This document shows, piece after piece, positions 55,827-64,000 of a DNA stretch of 64,000 bases. This DNA comes from Chloroflexota bacterium (GTDB taxonomy: Bacteria; Chloroflexota; Dehalococcoidia; SM23-28-2; RBG-16-64-32): the NCBI GenBank assembly GCA_022574655.1, contig JACZRQ010000002.1, forward strand, positions 5,696 to 69,695. The letters are read 5' to 3'. The position numbers and the translations under genes are program-made. Each line of letters starts with the position of its first letter. Position 1 is the first letter of the stretch. The notes beneath the pieces were generated by a model. It was not told the origin of the DNA and did not search any database. It saw only the letters and a program-made list of their open reading frames with translations.

Positions 55827-57848
55827 GTGTTACAGCGGAGCGAGCCTGTCGCGAAGCAGCGCCGTGGCTTAGCCCGCCGGGCGTGGCTGCTGTTCACCTT
55901 GCTAGCGTTACTGGTTGTACCTACCGTCGTCCGTGCGCAGGAAGCCTCCCTAACGGTGGAGGTGGCTAGCCTTACCACGGGTGAGGAGGCCGGCGTCCAA
56001 GCGGTGGTGGCGGTGCTGGGCGAGGACGGCCGTCCTGTGTCCGACCTGACCACGGAGGCGTTTGTGGTCCAGTTGGATGGCCAGGTGGTGCCGATCACCA
56101 CAGTGAGCCAGGGCGTGGACAGCACCCTGGGCATCGCCGTCGTTCTGGCGCTTGATGTGAGCCATAGCATGGAGGGCGCCCCGCTGGATCAGGCGAAGGC
56201 CGCCGCTCAAAGCTTCCTGGACGGGCTGGGGCCTCAGGACAGCGTCGCAGTCGTCGCCTTCGGCCATACGGTTGTGTCAGTGCTAGGCTTCACCCAAGAT
56301 CGGGCAGCAGTAGCGGCCGCTATCAATAACCTGACGATAGCCGCGGTTGCCGGCACCGCACTTTATGATGCAACCGTTGAGAGCCTAAGCCAGGCGGCCG
56401 GAGCTGAAACCAACCGTAGGGCGGTGGTCCTGCTCACCGACGGCCTGGACTATGGGAGCGATATTCCCCGGGCGGAGGCGCTGGCGACGAGCGAGCCGCT
56501 GGGCGTCCCTCTGTTCACCATCGGCCTTGGCAATGATATCGACGCTGGTTACCTGGAAGAGTTAGCTCAGATGAGCGGCGGCCAGTTTGATGTGACGCCA
56601 TCACCCGAAGGTCTAGCCCAACTCTATCAAGGAGTGGCCGAACTGCTGCGAGGTCAGTATGTCTTGAGCCTGGACCTCTCCGGCCTGTCGTTTGACGAAA
56701 CGGCGCCGGCCACGCTGCGCATTGACGTCACCATCGGAGAGCAGACGGGCAGCGGAGAGCGCGACGTCTGTCTGCAGCAGATATGCGTTGGTCTGAGTGA
56801 AGCGGAAGGGACGTTTACCGCCCAGGTGATTTCCGCGGAACCTGTCGTGTCCGTCATCTTCCTGCTCGATGGCGAGCAGGTGGCGGAGTTAAGCGAACCG
56901 CCGTACCTGTTCACCTATGATCCCATGTCCGTTGCGGACGGCGACCATACGGTAGAGGCGAAGGCCACCACTGCGGACGGTGCGATTGCCAGCGGAAGCA
57001 TACTGCTGAGCACCGGCGGCGTGGACCTGGTCAACAACCTAGACCGTTACCTGCCGGCCGGAGCAGTCGCGGTTGGCGCTGTCTTGATCGCGTTCCTGCT
57101 GCTCCGGTTGCTACGAAGCCGACGAAAGCGCGAGACACAGCAAGAGACCCCAATCGAGCCGCCGACGCGCGATGGGCCTGAGGAGGAACCGGCTCCTCAG
57201 GCACCAGAGCCTCCTCCCGCAGGCGAGGAGGCGATACAGCATGGGGCGCTGCGCCAGCTCTGGGACCAGACACCCACAACAGAGAAGCCGCCTCCTGCGG
57301 TGGTGGAAGAGCCGCTGGGCGCCCTGCGTGTCGTCAGCGGCCCGTTGGCCGGGCAAACGTTCACTGTCGGCGGCGCTCCCGTCAGCATTGGCTCAGGTCA
57401 TCGTTGCCTGATCCGGCTCCCGGTGGAGGAGGGTAGCGAAGAAGAGATCGCGCCTGAGCTGGCTCGGGTCTGGATCCGGGATAAGCAGCTAATGGTGCAT
57501 GAGCTCATGCGTCTGACCGTGACCGGGTCAGTGGGAGGAGGCTGGTCCATCTTGGCTCCCGGCGAGTCATTTAACATCGGCCCCTATTCGTTCAAGTTCG
57601 AGCTAGATGGCTATGAGGCTCCCGAAGAAACTAGCCCTGCTCCTATACCGAACGTCCTTCGGGAGGCCGGTGAAGCTCCCCCGGACAGCCCGCCGCCGCC
57701 ACAGGGCGCCCCTGCGCCTTCCGAGGGCGGTTCAGGAGAGCCCACAGAGGCTTCTCAGCCAAGCGCTTCCTCGTCAGATGACGGTGGAACAGGGCAAGAG
57801 ACACTCCCTGACAACCCCATGCGCGGGCGCATATGGCCGCGCGATTAA
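55827..57848 (+). CDS. Single-pass membrane protein: vWA domain, Ig-like domain, TM, degenerate FHA, Pro/Glu-rich tail
   Basis: Signal peptide, MIDAS DVSHS / GTALYDA / LLTDG, Ig-like VIFLLDGE..PPYLFTYD..GDHTVEAKA, TM AVAVGAVLIAFLLLRLL, FHA-like LRVVSGPLAGQTFTV..VSIGSG. Confidence 0.82.
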   Translation: MLQRSEPVAKQRRGLARRAWLLFTLLALLVVPTVVRAQEASLTVEVASLTTGEEAGVQAVVAVLGEDGRPVSDLTTEAFVVQLDGQVVPITTVSQGVDSTLGIAVVLALDVSHSMEGAPLDQAKAAAQSFLDGLGPQDSVAVVAFGHTVVSVLGFTQDRAAVAAAINNLTIAAVAGTALYDATVESLSQAAGAETNRRAVVLLTDGLDYGSDIPRAEALATSEPLGVPLFTIGLGNDIDAGYLEELAQMSGGQFDVTPSPEGLAQLYQGVAELLRGQYVLSLDLSGLSFDETAPATLRIDVTIGEQTGSGERDVCLQQICVGLSEAEGTFTAQVISAEPVVSVIFLLDGEQVAELSEPPYLFTYDPMSVADGDHTVEAKATTADGAIASGSILLSTGGVDLVNNLDRYLPAGAVAVGAVLIAFLLLRLLRSRRKRETQQETPIEPPTRDGPEEEPAPQAPEPPPAGEEAIQHGALRQLWDQTPTTEKPPPAVVEEPLGALRVVSGPLAGQTFTVGGAPVSIGSGHRCLIRLPVEEGSEEEIAPELARVWIRDKQLMVHELMRLTVTGSVGGGWSILAPGESFNIGPYSFKFELDGYEAPEETSPAPIPNVLREAGEAPPDSPPPPQGAPAPSEGGSGEPTEASQPSASSSDDGGTGQETLPDNPMRGRIWPRD

Positions 57849-57881
57849 CAGAAAATTCACGTTTCCTATAGCGTACCCCCT

Positions 57882-57908
57882 CTAGTCCGCCCCTATTTCT
57901 GCCGATCC
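57882..57908 (+). promoter_or_regulatory. Sigma28/WhiG-like promoter motif upstream of the ECF sigma
   Basis: CTAG-N15-GCCGATCC. Confidence 0.5.
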
Positions 57909-58002
57909 TAGTGATTAGGGAGTTCCCTCATGGTTGGAGGAAAACACCCTCACAATAAAGCGTAACGCTGGTCTGAACGATTCCGTTTAAGGATTGATAC
58001 GC

Positions 58003-58599
58003 ATGCTCAAGGTCATCTCCCCGCAAGATATCGATGAGCGTACCCTGGTGCAGCGGGCCACTGCACGGGACAAAGGCGCGTTTGGCGCGCTCTATGACCT
58101 TCATGTGGTTCGGGTCTATCGGCACCTGTACTATATGGTGGGTAACGCGGCAGAGGCGGAAGACCTCACGGCGCAGGCCTTCCTACAGGGATGGGAGGCG
58201 ATTCACCGCTACGAGATTCGTGGCGCGCCGTTTGTCTCCTGGTTGCTGCGCATCGCCCATAACTTAGGAGTGAGCTACCTGCGCTCCCGTAAGGAGAGCG
58301 CCCAGCTGCCGGAGACGCTGATAGACCATGGAAGCCAAAGAAATCCGGAAGAAGCGATTCACCAGCGGTTGGAGGGAGAACGTGTACGGGCGGCTATCAT
58401 ACGGCTACGAGACGAACAACGGCAGGTCATCATGCTCCGGTTTGTTGAGGACCTGGACTATCGAGAGGTGGCGGAGATCGTGGGTAAGAGTGTGGCGGCG
58501 GTACGCGTGATCCAACACCGGGCACTGAACACCCTGCGTAAGCAGATGCAGCGCGACGAGGCGGAGGCGGCAGCGGAGGCGGCAGCGGCGCATGGATGA
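58003..58599 (+). CDS. ECF (group 4) RNA polymerase sigma-70 factor
   Basis: AFGALYD, AEDLTAQAF, SWLLRIAHN (region 2) and LRDEQRQVIMLRFVEDLDYREVAEIVGKSVAAV (region 4). Confidence 0.93.
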   Translation: MLKVISPQDIDERTLVQRATARDKGAFGALYDLHVVRVYRHLYYMVGNAAEAEDLTAQAFLQGWEAIHRYEIRGAPFVSWLLRIAHNLGVSYLRSRKESAQLPETLIDHGSQRNPEEAIHQRLEGERVRAAIIRLRDEQRQVIMLRFVEDLDYREVAEIVGKSVAAVRVIQHRALNTLRKQMQRDEAEAAAEAAAAHG

Positions 58600-58855
58600 G
58601 ATGGAGCTCATGGAAGCACTGGCCGAGTGCCTGGAAGCCCTCCGGCGCAGCGAGGCGGATCTGGAAGCCTGTCTGGAACGGCACGCGGCTTACCGGGCGG
58701 AGTTGGAGCCGCTCCTGGAGGTCGCGCGACTCATCCCCCGCCTGCCGGGAGAGATCGCTCCCTCACCGCCCTTCCGCCAACGGGCCCGCCGTCTGATCCT
58801 AGACGACCAGAATGGCGAGAGCTCGGCCGAGTTGGGCTGGCAGCGGCCTTGCTAG
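58592..58855 (+). CDS. Putative minimal soluble anti-sigma factor
   Basis: Overlaps the sigma stop. LAECLEAL...LEACLERH..YRAELEPLLEVA...PSPPFRQRAR resembles N-terminal anti-sigma domains of Chloroflexi DUF5667-type proteins. No TM segment. Confidence 0.65.
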   Translation: MDEMELMEALAECLEALRRSEADLEACLERHAAYRAELEPLLEVARLIPRLPGEIAPSPPFRQRARRLILDDQNGESSAELGWQRPC

Positions 58856-58906
58856 GATAGGCGATCTCCCTTAAGGGAATTCCTCCCTCTAAATACGGGT
58901 TACCCC

Positions 58907-58933
58907 TTCAGACTTCCTGGTTTCTTCCGATGA
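58907..58933 (+). promoter_or_regulatory. Sigma28/WhiG-like promoter motif upstream of flp
   Basis: TTCA-N15-TCCGATGA. Confidence 0.55.
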
Positions 58934-59004
58934 TGGTAGAGGATAAAGGTCTGAAGAAACGCCCGGCGTCCGCGTCGGAGCTGCTAGGGAAGGAGGACTA
59001 AAGA

Positions 59005-59220
59005 ATGCGCTTTCTCAATGAAGCACTGCTGCGGGCGTTGGTCGGCTGGCACAACCTGGAAGCCAGCATGAAGGACGAAGAGGGCCAGACCCTGGCGGAG
59101 TACGGCCTGATCATGGCTGTCATTTCCATTGGCGTGGTCGTGGCTGCCGTAATCGCCTTCCGAGAGGCCATCATCGGCGCCTTTGATGGTGCCGTCGACT
59201 GCCTCGACGGATCCTGCTAA
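59005..59220 (+). CDS. flp: Flp family type IVb pilin
   Basis: EEG|QTLAEYGLI cleavage motif (E at +5, Y at +6), hydrophobic helix, GGAGG RBS. Confidence 0.92.
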   Translation: MRFLNEALLRALVGWHNLEASMKDEEGQTLAEYGLIMAVISIGVVVAAVIAFREAIIGAFDGAVDCLDGSC

Positions 59221-59241
59221 GTCAGTTAGCAGAACATGCTG

Positions 59242-59271
59242 GGAAGGGCCTCGACCAGTCGAGGCCCTTCC
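59242..59271 (+). terminator. 13-bp perfect hairpin after flp (terminator or mRNA stabiliser)
   Basis: GGAAGGGCCTCGA-CCAG-TCGAGGCCCTTCC. No U-tract. Confidence 0.65.
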
Positions 59272-59344
59272 TGCGTATCCGGCGGGCCCAGCACCTGGCG
59301 GGCGGCTTGGCCGCAATCGCGGCGCTGTTCATGAGAGCCAGGCG

Positions 59345-59371
59345 TAAAGCTTGGCTGGAGCCTACCGATAC
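59345..59371 (+). promoter_or_regulatory. Sigma28/WhiG-like promoter motif upstream of cpaB
   Basis: TAAA-N15-ACCGATAC, close to the sigma28 consensus TAAA-N15-GCCGATAA. Confidence 0.68.
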
Positions 59372-59451
59372 ATATCATGGATGACCCTTAAGGTGCTTCG
59401 CCCTAACTGATCAGGGCAAAGCGCGTAGCTCATACGTAAGTGAGGGACACA

Positions 59452-60288
59452 ATGGCACGAGCAATGACAGGCGCAGCAGTAGGCCGGGTGAACCGACGGT
59501 TCTTGTTCCTGGCTCTTATCTTAGCCGTACTGAGCGCGGTCTTGGTATACGCTGGAGTGTCGAAGTCTGGCGGAGGCACTGCTACCCAGACCGACATCCA
59601 GGTGGTGTACGCTAGACAGTCAATCCCGGCCGGCACGTTGCTTACCGCTGAAATGCTGGGCGTCCGTGAGGCCGCAGAAAATTCTGTAGGCATTGGGTTC
59701 TTCACCAGCATTCAGGACACAGTTGGCAAGCTGGTCCAGTTCCCTATCGCGGCAAACGCCTCGGTGCTGAACTCCAGTCTGGCCGGTACCACCAGCGTGC
59801 CCCTCAGCGATAGCCTTAGTTACGTCGTAGAGGAGAACAAGCGTGGCATGGCCATTGGTATTGATCTAGTGGTTGGCGCCGGCGGGTTGGTGCTCCCTGG
59901 CGATCATGTGGACATCTTCTTTGTGCCTGACAACGCGGCGGACGTGCTGACCGACCATGTTGGCGCCATGCTGATAGCGGAGAACATAGAAGTGTTGGCC
60001 GTGCAGCAGGTGATTGTAAACATCGCCCCCACGGCGCCCGGACTGCAAGACGAGGACGAAGGCGCGGCAACAGAGGAGGGCGACGGGAGGGTTCCCGGTG
60101 GTGCGGTCCCTGAGCCAATCCCGCAGGCAGCCACCGTTACACTGCTGCTCACGCCCGCGCAGGCGCAACAGATCTTCTGTGCGGAGATGAGTGGCGTGAT
60201 CCGGCTTGCCGTGCGGGCCTTCCAGGATAACTCTCCAACCGGGATTGCGCCGTCCGTGTGCATTCTCCGAGCGGACGACGAGCTCTAG
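59452..60288 (+). CDS. cpaB: Flp pilus assembly protein CpaB/RcpC
   Basis: N-terminal TM, SAF domain (VVYARQSIPAGTLLTAEML), GGLVLPGDHVDI, ENIEVLAV, VTLLLTPAQA. Confidence 0.9.
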   Translation: MARAMTGAAVGRVNRRFLFLALILAVLSAVLVYAGVSKSGGGTATQTDIQVVYARQSIPAGTLLTAEMLGVREAAENSVGIGFFTSIQDTVGKLVQFPIAANASVLNSSLAGTTSVPLSDSLSYVVEENKRGMAIGIDLVVGAGGLVLPGDHVDIFFVPDNAADVLTDHVGAMLIAENIEVLAVQQVIVNIAPTAPGLQDEDEGAATEEGDGRVPGGAVPEPIPQAATVTLLLTPAQAQQIFCAEMSGVIRLAVRAFQDNSPTGIAPSVCILRADDEL

Positions 60289-60330
60289 CCGTAGCCGGAA
60301 TAATGTGGAACTGCGGAGAGGCAGGACAGC

Positions 60331-61524
60331 GTGGCCCGAAACCCTGAAGTTGTCATCATTGACCCGGACTTAGACGTTCGGGCTGAACTCAAGCGCACGC
60401 TTGAGGTGGGTACGTTTACCGTGACGGGTGTGGCTGACTATGGCATTGAGGCGGTCACCGTTGCGCAAGAACGATCGCCGGATGTCTTCCTGGTGAGCAT
60501 GGAAGAGCCGGTTGCGCGCGCGCTCCAGACGATTGAAATGCTCGGGTCGGCTAATTCCACCGCGGCCATCGTCGTCTACTCCTCCCTCTCCGACGCTGCG
60601 TCCGTGCGGCGCGCGATGGTGGCGGGCGCGCGGGACTACCTGATGAAACCGATCAAGCCGGAGGACGTCTCGCGCGCTGTCTTCGGCATTTTGGAGCAAG
60701 AAGAGCGGAAGCGGATACACGTAGGTAGTGATGTCAGCGAGCCTGTAGCCCGTGGCACGACGGTGACGATCTTCGGCGCCAAGGGCGGCATTGGCAAGAC
60801 GACCATCGCGACGAACCTGGCGACGGCTCTGGTCCGCACCACCGGCGCCAACGTAGTGCTGGTGGACATGGACACGCGCTTCGGGGACGTTGCCATCATG
60901 ATGGACATTGCAGTCGAAACCAGCATTGCTGATCTGGGGAGGCGCGTTGAAGAGTTGGACCGGGAGTCCATTAAGGACTACCTGGTGCGTCACCACACGG
61001 GAGTCACGATCCTGCCGGCGCCCCTCCACCCGACAGAGTGGCGCAGCGTGACGCCGCAGCAAATAGAGAGAATCATCGATCTGCTGGCGCAGGGCCACGA
61101 CTACATCATCATCGATACGCCCGGCACCTTCAACGAACTCATTGCTACCACACTGGAGCTGGCCAACATGATCCTGCTGGTCACCAGCATGGACATCGCC
61201 AGCATTAAGGACACGGCGCTGGCGCTGGAGATGCTCCGCGCCGCTCAGGTATCAGAGGATAAAGTCAAGCTGACGATCAACCATTCCACATCGTCCAACA
61301 GTCTGCGCGAGGAAGATGTGGAGCGTGTACTGGAGTACACCGTGACGTGGCGCATTCCTCATGATTACAACGTCGCCAACTCCAACCAGTTGGGTATTCC
61401 TATTGTCATTGCGAAGCCATACGCGCGCGTCGCACGCGCCGTCACAGATATCGCCTACGCGCTTTCCGGCGCGCCTAGAGAGCGCAAGGGCTTCCTGGAA
61501 CGGTTTCTTGGGCGCGCCGGCTAG
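60331..61524 (+). CDS. cpaE: CpaE/TadZ: receiver-like domain plus MinD/ParA ATPase
   Basis: GARDYLMKP, GAKGGIGKTT, LVDMD and IIDTP motifs. Confidence 0.9.
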   Translation: MARNPEVVIIDPDLDVRAELKRTLEVGTFTVTGVADYGIEAVTVAQERSPDVFLVSMEEPVARALQTIEMLGSANSTAAIVVYSSLSDAASVRRAMVAGARDYLMKPIKPEDVSRAVFGILEQEERKRIHVGSDVSEPVARGTTVTIFGAKGGIGKTTIATNLATALVRTTGANVVLVDMDTRFGDVAIMMDIAVETSIADLGRRVEELDRESIKDYLVRHHTGVTILPAPLHPTEWRSVTPQQIERIIDLLAQGHDYIIIDTPGTFNELIATTLELANMILLVTSMDIASIKDTALALEMLRAAQVSEDKVKLTINHSTSSNSLREEDVERVLEYTVTWRIPHDYNVANSNQLGIPIVIAKPYARVARAVTDIAYALSGAPRERKGFLERFLGRAG

Positions 61525-61553
61525 CGGGTGAGCGGGAGAGGAGAGCATCGCTG

Positions 61554-62912
<1,359 letters not shown>

Positions 62913-62915
62913 CTG

Positions 62916-63887
62916 ATGGACCTACTAGCATTAGGCGCATCCATATCAATCTTGGTGACGGTTCTCCTGTTCGCCATCGCTCTCTATTCCGGCGCCGCTA
63001 TAAGCGCTCAGGTGCGGGGCCGGCTGGAAGAGGTGCTGACTGAGTCCACCTCTGTGGTGGAAGGCAGCTCAGGCACGCCGCTACGTCAAACTCCTTCCGT
63101 CATGGGGCTCTATAAGTTCGTTATCTCCGGCGGTTGGTTAGAGAGCATGGCGGAGGGTCTACAGCGGGCGGACAGCCGCCTGCAACCGGTTGATTTTATT
63201 ACTATCCGCGTTGCCCTGGCCGGCCTGGGTTTTGCTACTCCCTTCCTGTTCCTTGGTGGCCCTCTGGGAGTAATGTTGGGCTTCGTCGTCGCCCTGGTGG
63301 GTTTTCAAGCGCCACAGGTCTGGATGACCAAGCGCCATGAAGGGCGTAGCAAGAAGCTGGAAGAGCAGTTGCCAGAGGCGCTCACCCTCATCGCCAACTC
63401 GCTCAAGGCAGGGTTTGGGCTGCTGCAAAGCCTGAATCTGGCCGCTGAGCAGTTGGAACATCCTATTGCCACGGAGCTGGGCCAGACCATACATGAGATG
63501 AACGTCGGCTCCAGTGCGGACGAGGCGCTCCAGGCTATGAGTGAGCGAGTGGAGAACTACGATCTGGACTTAGTGGTGACGGCGATCTTGGTTCAGCGGT
63601 CAGTGGGCGGGAACTTGGCCGAGATCTTGGAGACCGTGGCCGGGATGATGCGCGAGCGAGTGCGAATTCGCGCCGAGATCGTCACCTTGACCGCACAGCA
63701 GACCCTAACAGGTGTCGTCATCGGCCTGCTGCCGATCGGAGTGGGCCTCATGTTCCTGGTCGTCAGCCCGTCGTATATCTCCATACTCTTTAGTGAAACG
63801 ATAGGGAAAGTGATGTTGGGGGTTGCGGTGATCATGGAGACTGTTGGGATTTTGATTATTCGCCGGATCCTTGCTATTGAGGTGTAA
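62916..63887 (+). CDS. tadB: TadB (type II secretion F-family) protein
   Basis: QLPEALTLIANSLKAG and ILVQRSVGGNLAEILE motifs. Confidence 0.93.
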   Translation: MDLLALGASISILVTVLLFAIALYSGAAISAQVRGRLEEVLTESTSVVEGSSGTPLRQTPSVMGLYKFVISGGWLESMAEGLQRADSRLQPVDFITIRVALAGLGFATPFLFLGGPLGVMLGFVVALVGFQAPQVWMTKRHEGRSKKLEEQLPEALTLIANSLKAGFGLLQSLNLAAEQLEHPIATELGQTIHEMNVGSSADEALQAMSERVENYDLDLVVTAILVQRSVGGNLAEILETVAGMMRERVRIRAEIVTLTAQQTLTGVVIGLLPIGVGLMFLVVSPSYISILFSETIGKVMLGVAVIMETVGILIIRRILAIEV

Positions 63888-63892
63888 CTGAG

Positions 63893-64000
63893 ATGCCGAT
63901 TATTGCTGCCGCGGTTGTGTTTGCTACCGTCTTTGTCATCTTCTTGGCGTTCGCCAGCCCTGAGAGCGGCGTGCGTGATAGGCTGGATGCTCTCTGGCAG
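63893..64000 (+). CDS. tadC: Probable TadC, N-terminal fragment (runs off the window end)
   Basis: ATG 5 nt after the tadB stop: MPIIAAAVVFATVFVIFLAFASPESGVRDRLDALWQ. Call rests mainly on synteny. Confidence 0.6.
   Translation, partial: MPIIAAAVVFATVFVIFLAFASPESGVRDRLDALWQ

Overview
The window is bacterial. Gene content suggests a monoderm Chloroflexota (Dehalococcoidia/SAR202-like) genome; this is inference from the many luciferase-like oxidoreductases, a secretin-less Tad locus and the Chloroflexi-type ECF/anti-sigma pair. It has three zones. (1) 1-47.6 kb is a dense catabolic region: LLM oxidoreductases, SDRs, Gfo/Idh/MocA and SnoaL paralog pairs, CoA ligase/transferase, ACAD/ECH/thiolase/DUF35/MaoC, a PotABCD-like ABC importer, two dikinase (PEP-utilizer/RPH-like) paralogs, two RDHSWG beta-barrel paralogs, a HAD phosphatase and a frameshifted flavin halogenase. 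About ten copies of a palindromic operator-like motif (ACCGA-N4-TCGGT) occur across 12.6-47.9 kb, several next to sigma70 promoters, and a TetR gene at 18.4 kb is the candidate regulator. (2) 49.3-52.6 kb is a mosaic of gene fragments: a frameshifted integrase, a truncated phosphotransferase, and DUF805, hydrolase and Zn-ribbon-like stubs. (3) 52.8-64 kb is a Tad/Flp pilus region (flp, cpaB, cpaE, cpaF, tadB, partial tadC) with an ECF sigma, a minimal anti-sigma, a vWA-FHA membrane protein, an AAA ATPase and an LPxTG surface protein. That last gene sits behind a c-di-GMP-I-like riboswitch with a terminator, and six sigma28/WhiG-like promoter motifs occur in the zone. The best candidates for undescribed biology are a co-regulated dikinase system (full-length plus ATP-grasp-less paralog, paired with beta-barrel proteins) and a sigma28/c-di-GMP-wired Tad regulon. 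All family calls come from motif recognition by eye; no database searches were run.
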